Source: a virus (taxonomy: Duplodnaviria > Caudoviricetes). Taken from it: a DNA stretch of 64,000 nt. Below the pieces are notes generated by a model that saw only the letters and a program-made list of their open reading frames with translations, made no database searches and was not told the DNA's origin. Of the stretch, positions 39,025 to 49,382 are shown piece by piece. The DNA lies in IMG/VR virus record IMGVR_UViG_3300025389_000011. One strand, 5' to 3'. Numbering within the stretch: the stretch's first letter is position 1; every line of letters begins with the position of its first letter. The position numbers were made by a program, and so were the translations under genes.

Positions 39025-39110
39025 AAGGAAAAAATCAACATAAAAAACTGATTTTTAAAAATTCAAGGTTGGCTTAGTCCAACCATTTGACTTACAGGGA
39101 AAATGGAACT

Positions 39111-39512
39111 GTGGCAAGTAGTACAAAAAACTTTATAGTCAAGAATGGTCTTACCACTGGTAATATTATTCTTAGCGCATTGGACGGCAGTATAACTGCC
39201 AATTCTGCCAACATAAGTGGCGACATTGTTACCGGCGGCAACGCTAATATATCAGGTAACGCTACAATTTCCGGAATAACAAATGTAGGTCCAATCAGTA
39301 ATTTATATGCTACTGGCGGTTCTGCAGGACAATATATTACAACTGACGGTAACGGAAATCTTTCTTTTGCATCAGTTGTTTCATTTATGCCAGCATATAT
39401 TTTTGCAGGCACAACATTGTTTGTGCCACAGTATTACCAAGCATTATCAGGACTTTCTACATTAACAGTAGATGGAAATTTGAGCGTAGACGGTGTTTAT
39501 GTTGAAGCGTAA
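39111..39512 (+). CDS. Short fibre-family protein 5
   Basis: GTG at 39111, downstream of AGGGA, gives MASSTKNFIVKNGLTTGNI, matching the protein 4 N-terminus. C-terminal LTVDGNLSVDG motif is also inside protein 3. The ORF track starts at TTG 39087. Confidence 0.7.
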   Translation: MASSTKNFIVKNGLTTGNIILSALDGSITANSANISGDIVTGGNANISGNATISGITNVGPISNLYATGGSAGQYITTDGNGNLSFASVVSFMPAYIFAGTTLFVPQYYQALSGLSTLTVDGNLSVDGVYVEA

Positions 39513-39570
39513 ATAAACTTCAAAAAGCAAAAAATGATAAATAAAGAATAGACTACTATAGGATACAAAC

Positions 39571-42500
39571 ATGTCACTAATTTTAAAACAAGAATCAGAT
39601 GCGAATGCAGCCTTACCACCAGCGGGTAAAGGTACAATTTATATTAATACTGCTGACCAGCTTAGTACAAAAGCTGCCAATGGTGCAATTCAAACTTTCC
39701 CTACATTGGGTGGGGCAGACCAGCAGATTTTAATTAATGAGTCTAATTCTATTCAGGGTTCAGCTAATTTAACATTTGATTACGGAAATGCTAACTTTAA
39801 GTTAACAGGTAATGCAAATATTACAGGCAATACAACAGTTAATAATATTACAGTGACTGGTAATTTAACTGCAAATGGTATTGCGGTGACAAGTATTAAT
39901 GATGGTAATAGTAATGTAGCTATTACTACTCCTGGTAGTAATGTAACAATTAGTGTAAATGGAACAACAAACGTAGCAGTATTCTCAAATACTGGTGCAA
40001 ATTTAACAGGTACAACAACAGTAGCTAATCTTACAGTTACTGGTAATTTAAGCGCAAATAATATTAGTGTAACAAGCATTGCAGATGGTAATAGTAATGT
40101 TGCTATTGCACCAAATGCCAACGTAACAATTAGTGCGGCAGGTAATGCAAATGTTCTTACTGTTACTGGTACAGGTGTTAACGTTGCAGGTACGTTAAAT
40201 GCAGGAAACACTACAATAGGTAATCTTACAATTACAGGTAACTTAAATGCTAATGGTCTTAATGTTACTGGTATCGCTGATGGAAATAGTAACATAGCAA
40301 TTGCACCAAATGCTAATATAACAATGGGTGTAGCAGGTTATGCAAATGTATTCACAGCATCATCAAGTGGTATTAATGTTATTGGTAATATAACAACTAC
40401 TACTGACTTTATAACAACTGGTGGTTTTATTCAAGCCGCAAATGGTTTGTATTCTAATGGTATCTACAACGGTGCTTATGATGACGGTATAGTAGTTGAT
40501 TATGTAACAGGTAATGCACGTTTAACTGCGGGTAGTGCTGATGGTTTCTTGTTTAGAAACGGTGGCACTGGCGGTTCAACAATAGCAAGTATTGATGCAA
40601 ATGGTAATGTAAACGCAACAGGTAAAATAAGTGCAACAGGTAATGTTTCAGGCGGAAATGTAACTACATTAGGTATTGTTAGTGCAACTGGTAACGTATC
40701 AGGTGGTAATTTAACTACATTAGGTGCATTGTCGGTTGGTGGTAATGCCAACGTTGGTAATATCAGCGCAACAACAGTAATTGCATCTACTGGTAACATT
40801 TTAACAGTAAACGGTAACACGTTTCAAAATGGCAATAGTAATATAACTATTACAGCAAATAGCAATATTACTCACTATGTAGCGGGTAATACTACACCTC
40901 AACTTGTATTATCATCAACTGGCGCAAATATTGCAGGTACAGCTAACATAGTTGGTACTGTTACGGCAGGTAATTTAACAGTAAGTGGAACAAGTAATTT
41001 AGGTCCAGTTGGTAACTTAACACTAACCGGTGGTAGCAATGGACAAGTTTTAACATCAAATGGTTCAGGTGGATTGAGTTTTGTAACCATCAGTACATCA
41101 ACTTTATCAAATGGTAATAGTAACGTTGTAGTTAACGCTAATAACAATGTAACAATTAGTGCAGTTGGTAACGCAAACGTAGTAACAGTAACAGGTACAG
41201 GTGCTAATATTGTTGGTACACTGGCTGCAAGTGGTAATTTAAGTGGTGCTAATTTGTATATAGGTACAGGTACAGCAAATGTTGGTAATTTAACAGTAAC
41301 TAGCACAGCAAATATTGTCGGCAACGCCAATGTAGGTAATTTAGGTTTTGGTAGTGGTTTAATAACTGGTACAGGTAATATTAGTGCCGGTAATGCAAAT
41401 TTAACAGGTGCATTAAACGTTTCAGGAAACGCTAATACCGGTAATTTAGGCACCGCAACATTAATCGCTACAACAGGTAATATCACAACAGTAAATAGTG
41501 GTTTAGTAAAAAATGGTAATAGTAACATTACTATTACAGGCAATAGTAGTATGACTGTTTATATTGGTGGAAATTCAACACCTCAATTTACAGTTTCAGC
41601 GGCTGGTGCAGACATTGCTGGTTCTGCTTCAGTTGGTGACTTGTCTACAGATGGTTTTGTTCTTGCAAACGGTAATATTATAAGCAATAATACAGTACTT
41701 GCAAATGCAATAAACAGTATTTCAACTTCTGGTTTCACAGTAAATGCTGTGGGAACAAATTCAAACATTAATTTGGTAACAAATGGTACAGGTAATGTTA
41801 TACTAACAGCAAACACAACTATTAATAATGTAGCTAATCCAACAAATCCGCAAGATGCGGCTACTAAAGCATATGTAGATGCAACTGCTCAAGGTTTAAG
41901 TGTAAAAGATTCAGTTGTGGCAGCAACAACAGTTGATTTAGGTACAGTTACATATAACAACGGTACAAGTGGTGTAGGAGCTACATTAACTAACGCAGGT
42001 ACGCAGGCAGCTTTTGCAATTGATGGTGTAACCGTGGCAGTTGGCGGACGTGTATTGATTAAAAATGAAACAAACTCAGCTTATAACGGTATCTATACTG
42101 TAACAACAGCAGGCAGTGGTTCAAGTAATTGGGTATTAACACGTGCAACCGATAATAATACAAGTGCTGACATCGTAGGTTCATTCGTATTTGTTGAGCA
42201 AGGTTCAACAAACTCAAGTACTGGTTGGGTAAACACAAACAGCGGTACCATTACAGTTGGTACAACTGGTATTACATTTACACAATTCTCAGGTGCTGGT
42301 ACGTACAGTGCAGGTACAGGTTTAACACTAACCGGTACTGTATTCAGCGTAAGCAACACAGCAGTTACTGCAGGTAGTTATGGTAACGGTGACAGAGTTG
42401 CAACGTTTACTGTTAATGGTCAAGGTCAATTGACTGCGGCAAGTAACACAGCAATCACAGCAAACGCGGCTAACCTAACAGGTACAACATTAAATTCAAG

Positions 42501-45500
42501 TATTGTAACATCTAGTTTAACTCAAGTTGGCACATTGGCTAACCTAACTGTTGGTAACTCAACAGCAAATACAGTATTTGGTAATGGTACAATTAATGCA
42601 TCAGGTAATGCTAATGTAGGTAATTTAGGATTTGGTAGTGGTGTAATTACTGGTACAGGTAATATCACAGGTGGTAACATCATTGGTACAATAGCCGCAG
42701 GTAGTAATGCAATTACTACAACAGGTAATGCTAATGTCGGTAATTTAGGATTTGGTAGTGGTGTAATCACTGGTACAGGTAACATAACTGCTGGTAACAT
42801 CATTGGTACAATCGCAGCCGGTTCAAATGCTATTACTACAACAGGTAATATCACAGGTGGTAACATCATTGGTACAATCGCAGCCGGTTCAAATGCTATT
42901 ACTACAACAGGTAATATTACAGCAGGTAATATCTATGCAAACACAGGCAATGCAAACATTGGTAATTTAACAGTTAATGGTACATTAACTGCATCAAGCA
43001 TTGCTGGTTTAAGCACATTAGCAGATGGTAACAGTAACGTAACAGTTGGTGCAAATAGTAACGTATCGATTAGCGTTGCAGGTACATCAAATGTATTGGT
43101 AGTAACAAGCACTGGTGCTAATATTACAGGTACAGCTAACGTAAGTGGTAATGCTAACGTTGGTAACTTAGGCACAGCGGGTTTAATTGTTGCAACTGGT
43201 AACGTAACTGGTGGTAACTTAACTACATTAGGTGCGTTGTCTGTGGGCGGTAACGCTAACGTTGGTAACTTGGGTACAACTACATTAGTTGCTACAACAG
43301 GTAATATCACAACAATTAACAGCGGTTTAATACAAAACGGTAACAGTAATGTAACTATTACAGGTAATGGTAATATTACAACAACAGTTGCAGGTAATTC
43401 TTCATTAGTTATTACTGGTACTGGTGCTAACGTAACAGGTACATTGAATATTACTGGTAACAGTCAGTTAACTGGTAATATTACTGCAAACAATGCAAAC
43501 TTTACTGGTACAGTTAACGGTGTAACATTTATCCCAGCAACATTAAGTATTACAACAAGTGCAGGTGGCAATACAACATTGACTGCAACTTCACCTGGTT
43601 ATATCTTAATCACTGGTACAACTGGATATACAATCAATATGCCAGCAGATGCTTCAATGCAAGTTGGTCAAGGTTTTACATTTAATAACAATGCTACTGG
43701 CAATGTTGTTATTAAAAATGCTACTGGTACTAGTTTATATACAATTGGTTCAGGTGGTGCGGCAACTATAGATTATGTAGGTGGTGTTGAAGAATGGGAC
43801 TTCCATCCCTTCTTGTCAACAAACATGCAAGCCGGCAACACATGGTTACAACTTGGTCTAACGAACACTCCATCAAACTTGTGGGTATACGGTAACATTG
43901 TAGCAAACAACAGTTCTAACTCAGGCTTCATTGGTAACGGTGTTGGCTTGACAAGTTTGACTGGTGCAAACGTTACTGGTCAAGTTGCTAATGCGGCCAC
44001 TGTAGCTAATGGTAATAGTAACGTAAGTATTGCAAGTGCAAATGGTAACGTAACAATTTATGCAGTTGGTAACTCAACAGTTACTATAACTGGTACTGGT
44101 GCAAACATCACTGGTACAGCTAACGTAAGTGGTAATGCTAACGTTGGTAATTTAGGAACAGCAGGTTTAATTGTCGCTACTGGTAACGTAACTGGTGGTA
44201 ACTTAACAACAGCTGGCGTGCTATCAGTAACAGGTAACGCAAACGTTGGTAACTTAGGCACAGCTGGTATTATTACAGCGACAGGTAACGTAACAGCGGG
44301 TAATTTAATCACTGGTGGTTATGCTAATATTACAGGTAACTTAACATCAGGTAATGCTAACTTAGGTAACTTAGCAACAGCTAACTACTTAACAGGTACA
44401 CTAACAACTGCGGCTCAACCAAATATTACAAGTGTTGGTACATTAAGTTCATTGTCAGTAACAGGAACTGTTTCAGCAGGTAATGCTCAGATTACATCTA
44501 ACTTAACAGTAAGTAACTTGACTGTTACAGGTAACGCTACGATTAGCGGTAACATCAATCAGATTAGTGGTAATTCTGGTCAGTTCTTTGGTAATGCAAC
44601 AACTGGTTTTGGTGCGTTATACGCAGGTGTACCAACTGGTTACGCAAATATTCCTCAGACTGTATTACAGATTGCAGGTAACTACAACGACTATATTGAC
44701 GTTAATATTCAAAATATTAATAGCGGTGCAAATGCAAGTACTGACTTATCATTAACCGCAGATAATGGTAATACAAACATATACTTTATTGATATGGGTA
44801 TTACATCAAGTACGTACAATGGCAGTGGATATGGATTTGGTAACGTATTAAATCCAAACGACGGTTATGTTTATGTTCAAGGTAACATAGCTGCCAATAC
44901 ACATGGTAATTTGGTATTAGCTACAACAACGCCAAACGCAATTATGAAGTTTGTTGTTGGTGGCGGTAATACAAATAACATATCAATGATTTTATATCCT
45001 GCTAATTTCACATCGACATCAAATACAACTGGTGCGGCAGTTATTACAGGTGGTTTAGGTGTATCAGGTAATATCTATGGTAGCAATTTAATTGCAGCCA
45101 ATTACTTTACTGGTACATTGACAACAGCGGCACAGCCAAATATCACTAGTGTTGGTACACTAGCTAACTTAACAGTTGGTAATTCAACTGCTAATACAGT
45201 ATTTGGTAACGGCACAATTAATGCTACTGGTAATGCTAACGTTGGTAATTTAGGATTTGGTAGTGGTGTAATTACTGGTACAGGTAATGTAACAGCAGGT
45301 GGTTTCTACGCAAACACAGGTAACGCAAATATTGGTAACTTAACAGTTAACGGTACATTATCTGCATCAAGTATCGCTGGTATAAGTTCTATTGCATCAG
45401 GTAATAGTAACGTAGCAATCGCTCCAAACGCTAACGTAACAATTAGTGCGGCAGGTAATGCAAACATATTAACAGTAACAGGTACAGGCGCAAATATTGC

Positions 45501-48500
45501 AGGTACTGCAAATATTACAGGCAATATTTACAACGGTGGTAACTTATTAGTAACAGGTATCGCAAACATTAGTGGTAACTTGACATCGGCTAATGCTAAC
45601 TTAGGTAACGTTGCAACTGCAAACTACTTTGTTGGTACAATTGGTGCAACAACAGGTGCACAACCTAACATTACAAGCGTTGGTACATTAACAAGTTTGG
45701 GTGTAAGTGGTACAATCACAGCAGCCAACATCACAGCAAATACAGGTGTGTTTACTGGTAATGGTGCAAACTTAACTAACTTAACCGGTGCTAACGTAAC
45801 AGGTCAAGTAGGCAACGCATTAGTTGCTGGTACAGTATATACTGCGGCACAACCCGCAATTACAAGTGTTGGTACACTAACAAGTTTAGCAGTAACAGGT
45901 AACGTAACAGCAGGTAATGCTAACGTAACCGGTCAGTTGATTTCAACTGTAGCAACAGGTACTGCACCATTAGTAGTAACAAGCACAACACAAATTGCTA
46001 ACGCAAACGTAGCAACTGCTGGTAATTTAGTAAACGGCAACAGTAACGTTGTTGTAACAGGTAATGGTAACATTACATTTGCTTCAGCAGGTAATGCGGC
46101 AATATTTACTGTAACAGGTACAGGCGCAAATATTTCAGGTACTGCTAACGTAAGTGGTAACGCTAACGTTGGTAATTTAGGTACAGCTACAATAATTGCT
46201 ACAACAGGTAATATCACAACAATTAACAGTGGTTTATTACAGAACGGTAATAGTAACGTAACTATTACTGCGAACGGTAATATTGGTCACTATGTAACTG
46301 GTAACACAACAAGCCAATTAACAATCACAGCAACTGGTGCAAATATTGCAGGTACAGCTAATATTGTTGGTAATGCTAACGTTGGTAACTTAGGATTTGG
46401 TAGCGGTGTAATCACTGGTACAGGTAACATCACAGCAGGTAATATCATTGGTATTATCGCAGCCGGCTCAAACACAATTACTACAACAGGTAATGCTAAC
46501 GTTGGTAACTTAGGTTTTGGATCAGGTATAATCACTGGTACAGGTAACATAACTGCTGGTAACATCATTGGTATTATTGCGGCAGGTAGCAATACTATTA
46601 CAACTACCGGTAATGCTAACGTAGGTAATTTAGGTACAACTGGTTTAATTGCTAGCGGTAACATTCAAAGTAATAATACAGTACTTGCAAATGCAATCAA
46701 CAGTATTTCAACATCTGGCTTTACAGTAAATGCAGTTGGTACTAACTCAAACATCAACCTAGTAACAAATGGTACTGGTAACGTTATATTAAGCAACACA
46801 TACATTAACAACGTAGCTACTCCGCTTAATTTAACTGATGCGGCAACAAAGGGTTATGTTGATTCAGTCGCACAAGGTTTAAGTATCAAACAATCAGTAG
46901 TGGCGGCAACAACTACTGATTTAGGTACAGTTACATATAATAATGGTACAAGTGGTGTTGGTGCTACATTAACTAACGCAGGTACACAAGCCGCATTTGT
47001 AATTGACGGTGTAACAGTTCCTGTAACTAGTCGTGTATTGATTAAAAACGAAAGCAATGCGGCATACAATGGTATCTATGTTGTAACAACAGCAGGTAGT
47101 GGTTCAAGTAACTGGGTACTAACACGTACTAATGACTTTAATACAAGTGCTGAGATTGTAGGTGGATTTACATTTGTTGAACAAGGTACAATTAATGCTG
47201 ACACTGGTTGGGTAAATACAAATACAGGTACAGTAACTGTCGGTACTACGAATATTACATTCACCCAGTTCTCAGGTGCAGGTACATACACAGCAGGTAC
47301 TGGTTTAACACTAACTGGCACACAGTTTAGTATTACTAGTACAGCAGTTACATCAGGTACATATGGTAACGGTGACCGCGTAGCAACATTCACAGTTAAC
47401 AGTCAGGGTCAATTGACTGCGGCAAGTAACACAGCAATTACAGCTAATGCGGCTAACCTAACAGGTACAACATTAAATTCAAGTATTGTAACATCTAGCT
47501 TGACAAGTGTTGGCACGTTGGGTTCATTGTCTGTAACAGGTAACATTGGTGCAGGTAACGTTAATGCGGCACTATTTGGTGCTCATAATGGTACAGTTGG
47601 TGCAACAACAGCAAACACTGGTGCATTCACAACAATTAGTGCAAGTGGTCAAATTACAAGTACAGTTGCAACAGGTACTGCACCGTTCGCTGTATCAAGT
47701 ACAACTCAAGTTGCTAACTTGAACTCGCAATATGCAGGTACAGCTAACACAGTTGCCGGCGCAAACGTGACCGGTACTGTATCTTTAGCAAATAATGCAA
47801 GTTACTTACAAGGTTATCAAACAGCTAGTCCGGCAACTGCAACTACTATTGCATTAAGAGATTCTAGTGGTAACTTATATGCTAACTATGTATATGGTAA
47901 TGGTTCTACGTTATCAAGTATAACCGGCGCTAACGTAACGGGTGCAGTTGGTCTTGCTACATATGCAACAACAGCTAATGCAGTAGCAGGTGCTAACGTA
48001 AGTGGTGCAGTTGCTTTTGCAACAACAGCTAATGCAGTAGCAGGTGCTAACGTAAGTGGTGCAGTTGCTTTTGCAACAACAGCTAATGCAGTAGCAGGTG
48101 CTAACGTAAGTGGTGCAGTTGGTCTTGCTACATATGCAACAACAGCTAATGCAGTAGCAGGTGCTAACGTAACGGGTGCAGTTGGTCTTGCTACATATGC
48201 AACAACAGCTAATGCAGTAGCAGGTGCTAACGTAAGTGGTGCAGTTGCTTTTGCAACAACAGCAAACGCGGTAGCGGCAGCTAATATTACTGGTAGTACT
48301 TTAGCAAGTGGTGTAACAGGATCAAGTTTAACAAGCGTTGGTACATTAGGTACATTAACTGTTACTGGTAATATCTCATCAACTGCAAACATTGGTGGTA
48401 CAGGTGCTACACATCTTGGTAACACATTCACTACTGGTTCAAACACAACAACAGGTGTATTTACTGGTAACTTCTCACTAAGTGCAGGTTCTAGATTGAA

Positions 48501-48882
48501 TGCTACATACGCTGACTTGGCAGAGAAATATGTTAGTGATGCAGAATATGCTCCTGGTACAGTATTAGTATTCGGTGGTGAACAAGAAGTTACACTAGCT
48601 AACACATTTGACAGTACACGTGTAGCAGGTGTAGTAACAACTAACCCAGCTTACACAATGAACAATGATTGTCAAGGTGAACATGTTGTTAATGTTGCGC
48701 TACAAGGTCGCGTACCGGTATTAGTATCAGGTAATGTTGCTAAAGGTGACTTAATGGTTAGTGGTGCAAACGGTCGTGCAATAGCTAATAACGAAGCACG
48801 TGCAGGTACTATTATTGGTAAGGCATTGGCTAACTTCACTGGAACTGAAGGTACTATTGAAGTCGCTGTTGGTAGATTCTAA
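39571..48882 (+). CDS. Giant fibre protein 6 (3103 aa) with C-terminal peptidase-G2-like intramolecular chaperone
   Basis: Two DAATK.YVD modules and many NGNSNV repeats. Ends ADLAEKY...VAGVVTTNPAY...VALQGRVPV...KGDL...GTIIGKAL. TAAATA at 39538. Confidence 0.85.
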   Translation: MSLILKQESDANAALPPAGKGTIYINTADQLSTKAANGAIQTFPTLGGADQQILINESNSIQGSANLTFDYGNANFKLTGNANITGNTTVNNITVTGNLTANGIAVTSINDGNSNVAITTPGSNVTISVNGTTNVAVFSNTGANLTGTTTVANLTVTGNLSANNISVTSIADGNSNVAIAPNANVTISAAGNANVLTVTGTGVNVAGTLNAGNTTIGNLTITGNLNANGLNVTGIADGNSNIAIAPNANITMGVAGYANVFTASSSGINVIGNITTTTDFITTGGFIQAANGLYSNGIYNGAYDDGIVVDYVTGNARLTAGSADGFLFRNGGTGGSTIASIDANGNVNATGKISATGNVSGGNVTTLGIVSATGNVSGGNLTTLGALSVGGNANVGNISATTVIASTGNILTVNGNTFQNGNSNITITANSNITHYVAGNTTPQLVLSSTGANIAGTANIVGTVTAGNLTVSGTSNLGPVGNLTLTGGSNGQVLTSNGSGGLSFVTISTSTLSNGNSNVVVNANNNVTISAVGNANVVTVTGTGANIVGTLAASGNLSGANLYIGTGTANVGNLTVTSTANIVGNANVGNLGFGSGLITGTGNISAGNANLTGALNVSGNANTGNLGTATLIATTGNITTVNSGLVKNGNSNITITGNSSMTVYIGGNSTPQFTVSAAGADIAGSASVGDLSTDGFVLANGNIISNNTVLANAINSISTSGFTVNAVGTNSNINLVTNGTGNVILTANTTINNVANPTNPQDAATKAYVDATAQGLSVKDSVVAATTVDLGTVTYNNGTSGVGATLTNAGTQAAFAIDGVTVAVGGRVLIKNETNSAYNGIYTVTTAGSGSSNWVLTRATDNNTSADIVGSFVFVEQGSTNSSTGWVNTNSGTITVGTTGITFTQFSGAGTYSAGTGLTLTGTVFSVSNTAVTAGSYGNGDRVATFTVNGQGQLTAASNTAITANAANLTGTTLNSSIVTSSLTQVGTLANLTVGNSTANTVFGNGTINASGNANVGNLGFGSGVITGTGNITGGNIIGTIAAGSNAITTTGNANVGNLGFGSGVITGTGNITAGNIIGTIAAGSNAITTTGNITGGNIIGTIAAGSNAITTTGNITAGNIYANTGNANIGNLTVNGTLTASSIAGLSTLADGNSNVTVGANSNVSISVAGTSNVLVVTSTGANITGTANVSGNANVGNLGTAGLIVATGNVTGGNLTTLGALSVGGNANVGNLGTTTLVATTGNITTINSGLIQNGNSNVTITGNGNITTTVAGNSSLVITGTGANVTGTLNITGNSQLTGNITANNANFTGTVNGVTFIPATLSITTSAGGNTTLTATSPGYILITGTTGYTINMPADASMQVGQGFTFNNNATGNVVIKNATGTSLYTIGSGGAATIDYVGGVEEWDFHPFLSTNMQAGNTWLQLGLTNTPSNLWVYGNIVANNSSNSGFIGNGVGLTSLTGANVTGQVANAATVANGNSNVSIASANGNVTIYAVGNSTVTITGTGANITGTANVSGNANVGNLGTAGLIVATGNVTGGNLTTAGVLSVTGNANVGNLGTAGIITATGNVTAGNLITGGYANITGNLTSGNANLGNLATANYLTGTLTTAAQPNITSVGTLSSLSVTGTVSAGNAQITSNLTVSNLTVTGNATISGNINQISGNSGQFFGNATTGFGALYAGVPTGYANIPQTVLQIAGNYNDYIDVNIQNINSGANASTDLSLTADNGNTNIYFIDMGITSSTYNGSGYGFGNVLNPNDGYVYVQGNIAANTHGNLVLATTTPNAIMKFVVGGGNTNNISMILYPANFTSTSNTTGAAVITGGLGVSGNIYGSNLIAANYFTGTLTTAAQPNITSVGTLANLTVGNSTANTVFGNGTINATGNANVGNLGFGSGVITGTGNVTAGGFYANTGNANIGNLTVNGTLSASSIAGISSIASGNSNVAIAPNANVTISAAGNANILTVTGTGANIAGTANITGNIYNGGNLLVTGIANISGNLTSANANLGNVATANYFVGTIGATTGAQPNITSVGTLTSLGVSGTITAANITANTGVFTGNGANLTNLTGANVTGQVGNALVAGTVYTAAQPAITSVGTLTSLAVTGNVTAGNANVTGQLISTVATGTAPLVVTSTTQIANANVATAGNLVNGNSNVVVTGNGNITFASAGNAAIFTVTGTGANISGTANVSGNANVGNLGTATIIATTGNITTINSGLLQNGNSNVTITANGNIGHYVTGNTTSQLTITATGANIAGTANIVGNANVGNLGFGSGVITGTGNITAGNIIGIIAAGSNTITTTGNANVGNLGFGSGIITGTGNITAGNIIGIIAAGSNTITTTGNANVGNLGTTGLIASGNIQSNNTVLANAINSISTSGFTVNAVGTNSNINLVTNGTGNVILSNTYINNVATPLNLTDAATKGYVDSVAQGLSIKQSVVAATTTDLGTVTYNNGTSGVGATLTNAGTQAAFVIDGVTVPVTSRVLIKNESNAAYNGIYVVTTAGSGSSNWVLTRTNDFNTSAEIVGGFTFVEQGTINADTGWVNTNTGTVTVGTTNITFTQFSGAGTYTAGTGLTLTGTQFSITSTAVTSGTYGNGDRVATFTVNSQGQLTAASNTAITANAANLTGTTLNSSIVTSSLTSVGTLGSLSVTGNIGAGNVNAALFGAHNGTVGATTANTGAFTTISASGQITSTVATGTAPFAVSSTTQVANLNSQYAGTANTVAGANVTGTVSLANNASYLQGYQTASPATATTIALRDSSGNLYANYVYGNGSTLSSITGANVTGAVGLATYATTANAVAGANVSGAVAFATTANAVAGANVSGAVAFATTANAVAGANVSGAVGLATYATTANAVAGANVTGAVGLATYATTANAVAGANVSGAVAFATTANAVAAANITGSTLASGVTGSSLTSVGTLGTLTVTGNISSTANIGGTGATHLGNTFTTGSNTTTGVFTGNFSLSAGSRLNATYADLAEKYVSDAEYAPGTVLVFGGEQEVTLANTFDSTRVAGVVTTNPAYTMNNDCQGEHVVNVALQGRVPVLVSGNVAKGDLMVSGANGRAIANNEARAGTIIGKALANFTGTEGTIEVAVGRF
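47926..48276 (+). repeat. In-frame array of 63-bp and 54-bp units (order L S S L L S)
   Basis: L = GANV(T/S)GAVGLATYATTANAVA, S = GANVSGAVAFATTANAVA; near-identical DNA; 351 bp total. Confidence 0.92.
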
Positions 48883-48935
48883 AAATAAGTCACATTGTAT
48901 TTTATTAAACATTTGTTAAAAATGATAAGTACAAT

Positions 48936-49382
48936 GTGATTAATGTTTTTCAATTAGAATACGAAACAAGACTAAAGAGTTGGTACGAACTCAGGCAATC
49001 CCTCGAAAATAAAGATATTGCCACTAAGTGTTTAGCAATAGACAAATGGTGGCAGTATGCACCTTTGGTTAATTATTATTTGCACCCAGATGATATTGAT
49101 AGTTGGCCTGGACCATGGGAATTGCTAAATGATAACAATTATTGCCAAATTGCCAGGGGTTTGGGTATGGTTTATACTTTGTTACTAGTGGGTATAAAAG
49201 ACCTTGACTTTTGCCTAGCAAAAGACGATAATAACGAAGACTTTGCATTAGTCATGGTTGACAACGCAAAATATGTGTTGAATTATTACCCAGATTCGGT
49301 TCTAAATAGTAATTCAACACAATTTAAGATAGACTATAAATTAGATATAGCCAAAATAACAAATATAATAGGTGAAGCATGA
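48936..49382 (+). CDS. Hypothetical protein, possibly transglutaminase-like (BTLCP) fold
   Basis: WPGPWELL...NYCQIARGLGM.YTL.L.G and FALVMVD..YVLNY; GTG start 4 nt after TAAGTA. Confidence 0.55.
   Translation: MINVFQLEYETRLKSWYELRQSLENKDIATKCLAIDKWWQYAPLVNYYLHPDDIDSWPGPWELLNDNNYCQIARGLGMVYTLLLVGIKDLDFCLAKDDNNEDFALVMVDNAKYVLNYYPDSVLNSNSTQFKIDYKLDIAKITNIIGEA

Noticed and set aside
39030-39084. Two hairpins between fibre genes 4 and 5 (AAAAATCA/TGATTTTT; GGTTGG/CCAACC)
   Set aside because: Short or AT-rich and without a clear U-tract; possibly attenuating but not supportable.
47926-48276. CRISPR-like appearance of tandem repeats (also 17960-18066)
   Set aside because: Unit lengths are multiples of 3, in frame, with no unique spacers; no cas genes in the window.
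27217-48605. Dozens of - strand ORFs (60-239 aa) opposite the fibre genes
   Set aside because: Shadow frames caused by the biased Asn/Gly/Thr/Val codons on the + strand; monotonous LPV/TLA content, no SD or promoter.
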